DNA of 32,779 bases. Source: a virus. Its lineage: Duplodnaviria > Caudoviricetes. How positions within the stretch are numbered: position 1 is the first letter of the stretch; the number at the start of each line of letters is the position of its first letter. The position numbers were made by a program, and so were the translations under genes. The notes under the pieces were generated by a model. The model saw only the letters and a program-made list of their open reading frames with translations. It did no database searches and was not told the DNA's origin. The DNA lies in IMG/VR virus record IMGVR_UViG_3300036987_000161, positions 1-32,779 of that record; one strand, written 5' to 3'. Positions 10,044 through 19,111 of the stretch are shown one piece after another.

Positions 10044-11114
10044 GTCACGCCCTCGCTGAAATCGATATCCGTGTCGACGTCGCAGCGGCAGCCGATGATT
10101 TCCGCCGCGCCTGCTCCGAGGGACGTGTCGCCGGGGCGCATTAGCTGTGCTCCTGACGGTGACACGAATGGCTGGTCGAGGCCCTGGACGGTCTGCCCGT
10201 TCATCGCCTCGTGTGTGTGGCGCACGCGGCCGTCGCCGGCGCTGCGCCAGGTCCTGGTCACCGACTGCGCGCTGTAGCCGGTCGCCGCCAAGCCTTGCCG
10301 GAAGGCCTCGTCCCGGCTTGCGTTGACGGCGCTCATGGTCTCGGTGCGCGAGATCGTCTCGGCGCGAAGCTCGAGCAACCGGTCCTGGTAGCGGTTCGTC
10401 ATCCGTTCGATGATGTCGTCCGGGATCGGATCGCCATCCTTTAGCGCCGCTTCCACATAGCTGTCGAAGCGGCGATCGCGGCGCGCGCGGGTGAGATAGT
10501 TCTGCAAGGCCTCGCGGTCGGCTGAGGACAGCTCACCACGGGCCGCTGCTACATAGGCGGCCTGTTGCTGGGTCAGTCCGATCGTGCCGCCCTCGCGCTT
10601 CCCCGTGGCCTTGTTGAAGCTGCCGACGAGCTCGCGGGCGATGGCGCGCGGGCCGTTCCCCTGGGCGTAGGACGCCTCGATGGCGGTCCGGAGCGCAGCG
10701 CGCTGGTCGGCGACGATGTTCGTCACCAGTTGCGACGACATCTCGGCAATCCAACGCTCGGCGCGAGGATCCCGCACGTCGAAGCGCACGACCACCTCGG
10801 CGCCGCTACGGTCGACGGCTTGCGGCACGCTTGCTCCCCCGGGTCATGGCGGCGAGACTGTCCATCGAAATGGCGCCGCCGGCGGCGTAGGCCTGCCTCA
10901 GTGCCTCTTCGAGCGGGGCGAAGGCAGCGCGATCAATCCCGATTGCGCTGATGGCGCCTTCGATATCGCCGCGCCCCAGCGCCTCGGTGATAGCTGCTAG
11001 CGATACGTGCGCCTTGATATCGTCGATGCATACCTGGAAGGCGCTGGCGACGACCGGCTCGCGCTCATCGATGAGCGTGCGAATCCTGCGCCTGAGGCTT
11101 GGGCGGCGCGCCAT
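10040..11114 (-). pseudogene. Mu gpF/SPP1 gp7-like head morphogenesis gene split by a frameshift
   Basis: N-part (ATG 11114, MARRPSL...AYAAGG) stops at 10806. C-part (RFDVRDPRAE...RAETISRTE...W....D.RVR.TH...CRC) is in another frame. Removing one base from the G5 run (plus-strand C5 at 10836-10840) joins them. Confidence 0.75.
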
Positions 11115-11524
11115 CAGCGTTTTACGCCCATGCGGTAGATGACGGGCGTGCCGGCCGGGTTCAGGGGCGTGCAACCAAGGACGGTCCAATCGTGGCCATC
11201 GAACGTGAGGACGTCGCCCGATTTCGGCTCGATTGCGTCTGGCCCGGCTTCCGACGTGCGCAGCATCTTGGTCGACATCAGCACGTAGCGGAGCTTCTCG
11301 TCGACGAGCGCGCCGGACTCGAGCCGGTTGTCGAATGCCTCGATTGTGCCCTTGGACGCGGGCAGCACGGCAGCGGATACCGCGTAGGCGATTGATGTGG
11401 GCGCGCCCGGGTCGTGTGCTGGCCCTGTGCCGGCGACGTTTCGCTTCAAGACGATGCTGCGTCCGAACTTCGCCAGAAGGCGCTGCGCCGTCGCTGCGCT
11501 CTTGGCGTAGTTGAAGGTGGCCAT
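11114..11524 (-). CDS. Head closure / head-tail joining protein
   Basis: F.Y......A.RLLAKFG and P..GD.....G..WTV....PLNPAG motifs; neck position. Confidence 0.75.
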   Translation of the reverse strand: MATFNYAKSAATAQRLLAKFGRSIVLKRNVAGTGPAHDPGAPTSIAYAVSAAVLPASKGTIEAFDNRLESGALVDEKLRYVLMSTKMLRTSEAGPDAIEPKSGDVLTFDGHDWTVLGCTPLNPAGTPVIYRMGVKR

Positions 11525-11836
11525 TTAGCAGCTCTCCCACACGCCAGCCTTTAGATGCCCGTGCCAGTGGCCCTTGTGCCAGACGCTAGGCGTCAGCGTC
11601 GGTGCCTCGGTGGAGCCGTCCCACTCCCAAGATGGCCCGTCCGCCGGTTTGAACTTGTTGCCGGCGATGAGTGGCGCGACCGCTCGACATCCGCAGGGGC
11701 AGCAGTACCAAAACGACAACTCCCCATCGGTATCGGCTGGGCCGATACGGAATGAGCCGGCCACGCGGTCGCGAAAGAACTCTTCCTTGTCGGCGATGAG
11801 GCGCGCGGTGACGGGCGGCGTTTTGATCTCGGCCAT
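11525..11836 (-). CDS. DUF6527-like Cys/His (zinc-binding) protein
   Basis: CCPCGC...W.WDG..EAPTLTPSV...WHGHL..G.W. Confidence 0.7.
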   Translation of the reverse strand: MAEIKTPPVTARLIADKEEFFRDRVAGSFRIGPADTDGELSFWYCCPCGCRAVAPLIAGNKFKPADGPSWEWDGSTEAPTLTPSVWHKGHWHGHLKAGVWESC

Positions 11837-11844
11837 TCGTCCAC

Positions 11845-12210
11845 CTAGCGGGTGTTGAAAACACGAGCGAATTTGGCGCTGGCGGCATCAACCGCTGACG
11901 CGATGCACTTTTTCGTCCACTGCCACCCGAGCCATGTGCGTCCGATCAGACGATCGGCTGGCGTTGCATCGAGCGCTGCCCGGGCCACGATGCGGATCAC
12001 GACGCGACCGCTGACGATCTCCTCTTCGAGGCACTCGCCGCTGGCGTCGCGGACGAACCGATCGCCATCGCGCTTGTAGCGTCGAACGAAGCCGCCCTCT
12101 TCGTCGGCGAGCGTGCAAGACTGCTGCTCGACGTCGTCGACGTAGACGCGCGCGGCTAGGCCTCGCTGCCGGAGCAAGGCAAATTCGCTCGTTCCGACTT
12201 CGAGGCGCAT
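11845..12210 (-). CDS. Hypothetical phage protein
   Basis: 121 aa; GGAG RBS before ATG; tightly packed in the operon. Confidence 0.55.
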   Translation of the reverse strand: MRLEVGTSEFALLRQRGLAARVYVDDVEQQSCTLADEEGGFVRRYKRDGDRFVRDASGECLEEEIVSGRVVIRIVARAALDATPADRLIGRTWLGWQWTKKCIASAVDAASAKFARVFNTR

Positions 12211-12247
12211 GCACGTTCTCCATCGTCTGACGACTCAGACGCTAGGC

Positions 12248-12379
12248 TTAGTTGCCCTTGGCCGCGACTTTGCGCCGTGCCTCATCCAGAGCATCGAGAA
12301 CGTCGATGACTGTGATGTCCGGATGGTTGCGGCGCCAGGAGTCGATCGCCGCAGTGATCCAAGCCTCGAGCCCGTTCAC
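12248..12379 (-). CDS. Small hypothetical protein
   Basis: GTG 4 nt after the adaptor stop; 43 aa amphipathic helical sequence. Confidence 0.35.
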   Translation of the reverse strand: MNGLEAWITAAIDSWRRNHPDITVIDVLDALDEARRKVAAKGN

Positions 12380-12383
12380 CGGA

Positions 12384-12908
12384 TCAGCGCCAGAGCCAGC
12401 TCGGTTCGTAGGCTGCAGCATCCTGCAGCAGGCCGGCGAGTACGGCCTCGATCTCCAGGACAACGGGCCGCGCTGCATCGACACCACCGGACGCTGCGTA
12501 CTGCACCTCGAGGTCGCCCACCTTTTCGCGCACGACGCGGTCCGTCAGCGTCACGTCAGGCGACAGAGCCCCAGGCGTAGCGAGTTCGCGAATGGCTGCC
12601 TCGCAGCAGGCCTTCTTGATCGGCGACGGCACCAGGTCCTCGGCCAGCGGCTCACAGCGGAACGTGGCGCCCTTCCTCGGCCACTCCAACGCTTGCGTCG
12701 TCGACGCAGCACGGCCGGGATAGCCGCTGCCATAGACGCCATCGAGCCAGATGGTGGCGCGACGCGCCGCAGCTTCGGCCGGAGCCGCTGCCTCGCCGGC
12801 GATAGGGAACGACTTGCCGTGTTTGGTGGCGTAGTCGTTGACTTCCGCGATGCTGACGTAGGACTCGGCGTCAACCTTGCCGGTGCCGTCTTCGACGACA
12901 AGTGCCAT
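12384..12908 (-). CDS. Head-tail adaptor (DnaT-like family)
   Basis: MALVVEDGTG...AESYVS...QALEWPR...IKKACCEAA...REKVG.LEVQY. Confidence 0.85.
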   Translation of the reverse strand: MALVVEDGTGKVDAESYVSIAEVNDYATKHGKSFPIAGEAAAPAEAAARRATIWLDGVYGSGYPGRAASTTQALEWPRKGATFRCEPLAEDLVPSPIKKACCEAAIRELATPGALSPDVTLTDRVVREKVGDLEVQYAASGGVDAARPVVLEIEAVLAGLLQDAAAYEPSWLWR

Positions 12909-12987
12909 CGTCTTCTCCAGGTTGCCACGGTCATCGGGTCGTGCTTAGGGAGCGGCTTTCTGACAGTCCTTTGCCCGAGGAGACCCG

Positions 12988-13878
12988 ATGGACCAATTTT
13001 GGCAGGTGATATTGATCGTCTACACGTCGCTCGGCGGCGTGATGGCGGCAGTGTTCCTCATCCCCGGCTTACAGCAGTGGTTAGGTGCGCAGCTTTCGCG
13101 CTTGGTCGCGCATCACTTCGATCAGCGGATCGAGGAGGTTAAATCCTCGCTAAGGCAGACAGAGCAGCGGCTTGAAGCGGAGTTGCGGTCGGCCGAGCAG
13201 ACGACGCGGGTGCTCGGTGAGACAGCGCTTCGGATGCAATCGAACCGCCATGAGGCGCTGAATGCCCGGCGGTTGGTGGCTGTCGAAGCCCTCTGGAAGG
13301 CGAAGACTGACATCGACAAGATGATTATGGCGCCGAAGTTGCTGGCCGGCATCAACGTCGAGGTGTTCCTGAATGCCGCCGACAAAGGCGAGCACGGCAT
13401 TCAGGAAACGGCCGAAGCGATGCTGCAACTAATGAACATCGACATGCTCAAGTCGTTGCCGAACACGTCGCCGCAAGCTCAGCGGCCTTTCCTGGCGCCA
13501 GATGTCTGGGCACTATTCTCGGCATACTCGAGCGTAATCATTGAGCCAGTCCTGGTGATCACCGCCGTCGCCCACGGCGCCACGAAGTTCTTGAAGCGGG
13601 AAGACACACTGAAACCGATGTTACTGCTGATCCTCCCCGAGCATTCGGAGCTGATCAAGCTTTGCGGCAAAGCAGGCTATGACCCGCTGATCGCCCCCCT
13701 TGAGCAGAAACTCCTTACTGCCATCGGCAACATGCTGGAAGGGAGAGACGCTGACGCTGCGATGCTTCAACGGTCGGCGGAAGTGATGGCAGCGATAAAT
13801 AAACACAACGCCGCCACCGCAGCCGGTAGCGCCGAGGCGGCGGGTAAGGCGATAGCCTCTGCAGTGCCGACCGCTTAA
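12988..13878 (+). CDS. Membrane-anchored hypothetical protein (moron)
   Basis: 296 aa; GAGGAG RBS; N-terminal TM helix then coiled coil; antisense to the late operon. Confidence 0.75.
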   Translation: MDQFWQVILIVYTSLGGVMAAVFLIPGLQQWLGAQLSRLVAHHFDQRIEEVKSSLRQTEQRLEAELRSAEQTTRVLGETALRMQSNRHEALNARRLVAVEALWKAKTDIDKMIMAPKLLAGINVEVFLNAADKGEHGIQETAEAMLQLMNIDMLKSLPNTSPQAQRPFLAPDVWALFSAYSSVIIEPVLVITAVAHGATKFLKREDTLKPMLLLILPEHSELIKLCGKAGYDPLIAPLEQKLLTAIGNMLEGRDADAAMLQRSAEVMAAINKHNAATAAGSAEAAGKAIASAVPTA

Positions 13879-14666
13879 TTGCCCCCTTCGCGCAGCTTCA
13901 GTTCGGCCTCGATCGCCGCTACCGCCGATTTCTTGTTCGTGATCGGCCTCGAGCTAACGCTGGCGGCCAACTTGGCGAGCGCGTTCCACTCGATGTCGCG
14001 CCAGTCTGCCGGGATCACCACGGCACGCTGGGCTTCGCGAGGCTCCGATGTACCACCGCCGCCGGCGCCACCATTGCCGGTGACTTCGACCGTGACTGTG
14101 GGGCTCGGGCCTGAGCCACCCGTGCCGCCGCCGGCACCGGCTTCGATCACGAGGGGTTCGCCCTGGCCGGGCTGGTTCGCCGGGTCGGAGCTAGCAGCGC
14201 TATCATCCCCGCTACCATCTGCAGGCTTTTGGGGGTCGTTCAGCTGTTCCGCGAGCGCCCGAACGGCGTCGACTGAAACAGTGGCCCCCTGCACCGCGAC
14301 GGGAGCCTCATGCGCTTTATTCTCCTCGGCGCCGGTCAGCATCTTGTTATCGACGTCGCCGGCGATCTTACGGTCGATCGAGTCGTCCGGGCCGAAGTCT
14401 CCAGGCGTCAGGCCGAGCTCGTTGATGAGACGGTCGAATTCGTCGGCCGACACCACGAAGGCGATATCGCCGAACGTCGCTTCGCCTTCGCCCTCGGCGA
14501 TCTTCAGCAGCGCTTCCGCCGAGACGGGGGAGACGAACAGCGCCTTGGTGAGGCCGTCGACCAGGTCGGCCGGGATCCGCGCGATACTGCCCGCGGGAGC
14601 GGTCGTGGCGTTGATACCGTCGACCGAGAAGGGGAACGACTTGAAGACGAAGCAGGGCGTGCGCAT
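13875..14666 (-). CDS. Hypothetical head-associated protein with acidic/Gly linker and small C-terminal helical (HeH/LEM-like) domain
   Basis: ATG at 14666 after GGGAG; C-terminal IP.DW....W..L.KLA......I.NKK.A...IEAEL. Confidence 0.6.
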   Translation of the reverse strand: MRTPCFVFKSFPFSVDGINATTAPAGSIARIPADLVDGLTKALFVSPVSAEALLKIAEGEGEATFGDIAFVVSADEFDRLINELGLTPGDFGPDDSIDRKIAGDVDNKMLTGAEENKAHEAPVAVQGATVSVDAVRALAEQLNDPQKPADGSGDDSAASSDPANQPGQGEPLVIEAGAGGGTGGSGPSPTVTVEVTGNGGAGGGGTSEPREAQRAVVIPADWRDIEWNALAKLAASVSSRPITNKKSAVAAIEAELKLREGGN

Positions 14667-14688
14667 TGGGCGGCTCCCGTTGAATTGG

Positions 14689-14711
14689 AAAAAGACGGGG
14701 CCGAAGCCCCG
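14689..14711 (-). terminator. Intrinsic terminator (UUCG tetraloop)
   Basis: Minus strand CGGGGC-TTCG-GCCCCG-TCTTTT. Confidence 0.65.
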
Positions 14712-14743
14712 CCAGTTCAGCAGAGAGAGAGAAAACCGGTCGC

Positions 14744-15190
14744 TTAGGCGGCCGGGTCGTTGACGTACTTGGACGCGATGACGGAGGCGTCCTGGATCAC
14801 CGGGCGCGAGTTCGAGTTGAACAGCACCGCCAGGATGCCGTTGACGACGGCGTTGGCAGTCGCGCGCGCCAGGGTGGCGTACACGTACCGCTCGCGCGGC
14901 TTGTGCAGCTCGAGCACCAGCAGCTTGTTGTCGGCGTTCGACGCGCCGGCGGTGAACGTGACCGCGTCGGCGAGCTGCGTCGGCGAGTTGGTGTCGTTCG
15001 TGTCGTTCGTGAAGCCCGTCAGCGTCAGCACCGAAGTATCGGTGACGTCGCCGAGCTGCGCGATGAACGCGACGCTGTCGAAGCCCTGCATGTCGACGAC
15101 GTCGGTCGTCAACGCGGTCGTGCCAGCGACTGCCGCAGGCTCGACCGGGATGATCTTCGCATCGCGAAGCAGTTCGAAGTGGCTCTTCAT
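14744..15190 (-). CDS. Probable capsid decoration protein
   Basis: 148 aa beta-rich gene straight after the capsid gene, AAGGAG RBS; DMQGFDSV.F and RYV motifs. Confidence 0.6.
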   Translation of the reverse strand: MKSHFELLRDAKIIPVEPAAVAGTTALTTDVVDMQGFDSVAFIAQLGDVTDTSVLTLTGFTNDTNDTNSPTQLADAVTFTAGASNADNKLLVLELHKPRERYVYATLARATANAVVNGILAVLFNSNSRPVIQDASVIASKYVNDPAA

Positions 15191-15232
15191 GGTGGAGTTG
15201 CTCCTTGTTCGGATCTGGATCAGATAGGCCGG

Positions 15233-15264
15233 AAAGCAAAAAGGGCGCGCTCGGTGGCGCGCCC
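15233..15264 (-). terminator. Intrinsic terminator after major capsid gene
   Basis: GGGCGCGC-6nt-GCGCGCCC followed by TTTTTGCTTT on the minus strand. Confidence 0.7.
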
Positions 15265-15289
15265 CTTTCTGTTTCGCTGACCGCGGCGC

Positions 15290-16684
15290 TTAGGCCGAGA
15301 TCTTCATCAGCACGAGTGCGTCGAAGTCGACGACGTCGCCGCCGACCCGCTTGCGCGAGTAGAACTCGACGAACGGCTTGGCGCTGAAGGGATCGCGCAG
15401 CGTGGTGATGCCGAGACGGTCGACCACGGTGTAGCCCTGGCGGAAATCACCGAAAGCGATCGGCAGATTGCCAGCGGCCACGATCGGCATGTCGTCGGCC
15501 ATCTCGATCGAGTAGCTGCCGAGCGTCGATGGCTGGCCTGCAGCCAGACCGGGGCGCCAGAGGTACTGGTTCTGGCTGTCCTTCAGCAGCATCACTGCCA
15601 TCACCGTCGTGCGCTTCATCAGCCAGGTGGCGTTGGCCAGGTAAGCGCTCTTCAGCTGATAGGGCAGCGAAACGATGGCGTCCGCCGTGATCAGGGTGGC
15701 GTTGCCAGAGTTGAACTGCGGAAGGAAGTTGCGACCGGTGCCGGCGGGGTAGCTCAGCACGCCACGCGGCTTGCCGATGCCGTCACCGATAACAAGGGCG
15801 GTGGCTTCGACGCGAGCCATCTTGCTGCCGACCTTGCCGTTGAGCCAACCCTCGACGTTGATCGAAGCGTCTTCGAGCAGCTTCTGGGTGGCACGCGGCT
15901 TCGCATAGATCTCGTGAACCGGGATCTTCTGCGTGCCGATCAGCGGGGTGCCCGTTTCGGGGCGAGCCTGGGCCTCACCGACCCAACCGCAGTTCAGGTC
16001 GCCGTCATCGATGGCGATCTCGAGCTCCGACGTGCCGATCGTCTCGACGGTAGCGAGACGACGGATCGGCGAGGACTCGTAGATCTTCTGGATGATGCGA
16101 GCCGACTGAGCCGTCGGGACCAGGTAGCCGCCGTCGGTGTTGGAGCCGACGGAAAGTGCCTTCTGGTCGATGGCCCGCGAGTCGTTGGCGCGGAGGTACT
16201 TGCCGTAGGACTTCTCCCACAGCGTGTAGCCGTCGCGGTCGATCGTTTCGGCCGTCGGGCGGTTACCTTCCTTCAGGGTGCCTTCGGCCGCCATCTTGGC
16301 CGAGAAGAACTCGACGGCATGCTCGACCGACTTGTCCTCCTTCTCGTCGCCGCCGCGAGGCGAGCGCTTGAAGGCGGTCTCGACGCGGTCAGCCTGCTCC
16401 TTCAGGCCGTCGACGATTTTCTGGATCGCCGCGTGCTTCTCGCCGACAGAAGTGGTCAGCGCCTCGATCTGGCTCTTCAGCTCGGGGGTGTTCGCTGCCG
16501 CCTTGGATGCGTCCTCGGCGAGCTTGCGAACAGCCGTCAGGTCTCGGTTCATCGAGTCCTTGAGGCCCTTCACGTCGTCGCCGAAGGTCTTGATCTCGCG
16601 GGTGATCTCCGCGATATCCCGGTTGTTGTCGTCCTTCCGCTCGAGCGCGAGCGATTCCCTGGCCAAAGCATTGTGCTTGGTCAT
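15290..16684 (-). CDS. HK97-family major capsid protein with N-terminal delta domain
   Basis: KALSVGS..DGGYLVP, QKLLED, GDG.GKP.G, FGDF..GY..VDR, RVGG.V motifs. Confidence 0.95.
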   Translation of the reverse strand: MTKHNALARESLALERKDDNNRDIAEITREIKTFGDDVKGLKDSMNRDLTAVRKLAEDASKAAANTPELKSQIEALTTSVGEKHAAIQKIVDGLKEQADRVETAFKRSPRGGDEKEDKSVEHAVEFFSAKMAAEGTLKEGNRPTAETIDRDGYTLWEKSYGKYLRANDSRAIDQKALSVGSNTDGGYLVPTAQSARIIQKIYESSPIRRLATVETIGTSELEIAIDDGDLNCGWVGEAQARPETGTPLIGTQKIPVHEIYAKPRATQKLLEDASINVEGWLNGKVGSKMARVEATALVIGDGIGKPRGVLSYPAGTGRNFLPQFNSGNATLITADAIVSLPYQLKSAYLANATWLMKRTTVMAVMLLKDSQNQYLWRPGLAAGQPSTLGSYSIEMADDMPIVAAGNLPIAFGDFRQGYTVVDRLGITTLRDPFSAKPFVEFYSRKRVGGDVVDFDALVLMKISA

Positions 16685-16719
16685 TGCAGTTCTCCGATGA
16701 TGTGGTCTGTGCTGGTGCC

Positions 16720-17421
16720 TTAGCCGCGCAGTGAGCTTGAAAGCCCCTGCATGGCCGCTCTCAAGGCGGCAAGTTCGCCCCGATCGTCACCGCCGCCAGC
16801 ATCCCGCGTGGCCTTGAGTGACTTGAAGCCAGACGAAATAATCGTCTTGGCCTGCTGAGCAGAGAACCCGGCATCCCGCACGAGGAACTGCTCAAATTCA
16901 CGTTCTGTCGGCATCTTGTCGCCCTTCACGAGGGAGACCGTTGCCTGTTCATTCATGGGGAAGGTGACGACGCTGATTTCGCGCAGGTCGACCTTCAGGA
17001 GCCGGCGCACGGCGAGTTGCCGGTCCCACTCCTCTACCAGTGTGCGGAAGCCGATCGACATGCTGTCGAGCGCACCTTCCTTCATCAGCTCGTAGACCTC
17101 GCGCGCCTTCTGGATGGCCAGGAAAAGCTTGCCCTTGGCGTAGAGGCCCTTGCTGTCTTCGCGCAGCTCGGTCCACTTGCAGATGATGGTGTCAGAGCGG
17201 TGCTGAAACAGCCCTTTGACCTTGTCGGCGGGGCGCTTGATCAGCGTCTCGCTGAAGGCGCCGGCGACAACCACGTCAGCGCCGAGATCCTCATTTCCGA
17301 ACGTCGACGCGTAGCCCTCGAATTCCCCCGTCTCGGTCAAGAGCTTGGCGTCGAAGGGCACGGCATGGCCGCGAACGCCCTTGAATGTCGTGTCGTCCTT
17401 GCGATCAAGCCGCTGCAGCAT
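16720..17421 (-). CDS. HK97-family prohead protease
   Basis: FEGYASTF..ED...D.V..GAF, LFQH, D.KGLY.KG, SMSIGF, L.EISVVTFPMN; start ATG 17421. Confidence 0.93.
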   Translation of the reverse strand: MLQRLDRKDDTTFKGVRGHAVPFDAKLLTETGEFEGYASTFGNEDLGADVVVAGAFSETLIKRPADKVKGLFQHRSDTIICKWTELREDSKGLYAKGKLFLAIQKAREVYELMKEGALDSMSIGFRTLVEEWDRQLAVRRLLKVDLREISVVTFPMNEQATVSLVKGDKMPTEREFEQFLVRDAGFSAQQAKTIISSGFKSLKATRDAGGGDDRGELAALRAAMQGLSSSLRG

Positions 17422-18850
17422 CGTCAGCCCCCCTCTTCGGATCGTTCTCGTTGCCCGGCGCCGGCGGCGTCGCGGCGGCCAGCGCGTCGTCGGTCTCATC
17501 GGTGATGAGCGCGGCGACGTCGGCTAAAATCTCTTCCTCGGTCTTGGTCGGGTCGAAGAGCCCGCAGTTCTTCATGTACCGGACCAGCGGCCCCATCCCG
17601 ACTTTCGGAACGGCGTTGAGCAGCGCGGTCAGCACGGTCGGCTCGATCTTCTTCACTGCGCCGGCGGCGCGCGGTCCGTACTGCAGGGCCTCGCGCGCCT
17701 CGTCGGCATCGATGACGCCTTTGTCGAGCAGGTCGGTCACCGACTTGCGCTTGGCTTCGCGACGCGGCTCCAGTGCGGGGATCTCGTCCAGGTCGTGCGA
17801 GAGTGCTAGGCGCTCACCGAAGCGCGGCGTAAGCCACTCGTTGAGGGCATCCTTGCCGCGGTCGAGCAGCGGAAGGATCGTGTCCTCCCACAGTTCAAGC
17901 TTGGCTTCCTTGACGTTGCTGTAGGTCGCCGAGCCGGGAACGATGAGCAGATGCGGTACCCCGAACGCGGTGCAGATGTCGCGAGCGGCGTCGTCCTTGC
18001 CCTTGCCGAAGTCCATGTCCTTCGGGCTGAAGGCCATCTCCTCCCACTTCACGTTGCCGCCAAGAACCATAGGGCGACCGGCGTTCTCGGGGCCGCTGTA
18101 GCGGCTCAACAGACGCTCTTCCGCAGCCTTCAGCACTTCCTTCGGTGCATTCTGCGACGGCTCGCCGGTGCCGCCCTGAACGGGCTGGAACACCAGCACG
18201 CCCGACGGCCTGGCGCCGTTGTCGAGCAGTGCCTTGTTGTGCGCAGAGGCGGCGTTGTGTCGATCGACGGCGTAGGCGGCCGGGTCGACGCGGCTCAGGC
18301 CATACCAATCGTCGATGGGGTGGAATTCCTTCAGGTGAAGGATTGGGCTCGTCCCGCGGATCGGATCGACGTCCCAGCGCACCTTCTGCCCGTTGGCCTC
18401 GTATTCGTAGGCCATCGGCAGGGCTTGCTTGCCCGGCACGACGCGCATGCGATCGGGACGTAGCGACCACAGCTCCTTGGGCAGACCGCTATCGGGGCCG
18501 ACGGCCTCGAGGTAGCTGTTCCCGGCGAGCAGCAAGTACGCGAAGAACGCCTCAAAGAGCGTCGCGCCGGAATGCATAGGCGCCGGCTTCTTCAGGAGAT
18601 CTAGCAGCTCGTGGTCTTCGACCTCGGTCTTCCGGTTGTGAAGCAGCCATGGCACCGCCGCGGCGTTGCTCGAGATCAGCTTGACGCAACGATAGGCGAC
18701 CGCGTTGCGAACGTAGGCCTCGTCGGCGATCCGGTCATACCGCCGATCGGTCCACACGGCCTGTCCGACGTGCCATGCGGAAATAACCGTGCCCGCCGCG
18801 CTCGCCTTGACGTCGGTGGCGCGGCTGAACAGTCGAGACCAGAGGCTCAT
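17405..18850 (-). CDS. HK97-family portal protein
   Basis: N.VAYRCV..I, LL.GNSY, LRPDRM, NGARPSG, SPKDMDF...ARDIC.AFGVP, TYSN. Confidence 0.95.
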   Translation of the reverse strand: MSLWSRLFSRATDVKASAAGTVISAWHVGQAVWTDRRYDRIADEAYVRNAVAYRCVKLISSNAAAVPWLLHNRKTEVEDHELLDLLKKPAPMHSGATLFEAFFAYLLLAGNSYLEAVGPDSGLPKELWSLRPDRMRVVPGKQALPMAYEYEANGQKVRWDVDPIRGTSPILHLKEFHPIDDWYGLSRVDPAAYAVDRHNAASAHNKALLDNGARPSGVLVFQPVQGGTGEPSQNAPKEVLKAAEERLLSRYSGPENAGRPMVLGGNVKWEEMAFSPKDMDFGKGKDDAARDICTAFGVPHLLIVPGSATYSNVKEAKLELWEDTILPLLDRGKDALNEWLTPRFGERLALSHDLDEIPALEPRREAKRKSVTDLLDKGVIDADEAREALQYGPRAAGAVKKIEPTVLTALLNAVPKVGMGPLVRYMKNCGLFDPTKTEEEILADVAALITDETDDALAAATPPAPGNENDPKRGADDAAAA

Positions 18851-18857
18851 GTGAGGA

Positions 18858-19106
18858 TCAATCCGGAACGTTGCCGACTTCGATCATGACGGGCGGGTGA
18901 CCGGTGCCCAGGATGCGCAGGACAATCGACGCGCCCTTGTTGAGACGGGCGAGCTCCGCCGGCGTCGGGATCCACGCCGTCTCCATCGCCGGTGTGCCTT
19001 CACCATTGACGGAGCAGTTGAGAACGACGTCACGCACCGGCAGGCCCTCATAGCCCTGGCTCTTGCCGATTTCCCGCGTGGCACCTTCGATGCGTCCGAT
19101 CTGCAT
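18858..19106 (-). CDS. Conserved hypothetical phage protein
   Basis: MQIGRIEGATR...GLPVRD...METAW.PTP.EL..L..G...HPPV; lies between TerL and portal. Confidence 0.6.
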   Translation of the reverse strand: MQIGRIEGATREIGKSQGYEGLPVRDVVLNCSVNGEGTPAMETAWIPTPAELARLNKGASIVLRILGTGHPPVMIEVGNVPD

Positions 19107-19111
19107 GTGGG

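Noticed and set aside
13875-15239. 454-aa ORF as listed in the track
   Set aside because: Its 5' half overlaps the real 148-aa gene in another frame and crosses a terminator; the better start is ATG 14666
15290-18850. Gene transfer agent (RcGTA-like cluster)
   Set aside because: Portal, protease and capsid look GTA-related, but the long tape measure, different terminase and neck genes, methylase, regulators and morons indicate a real phage
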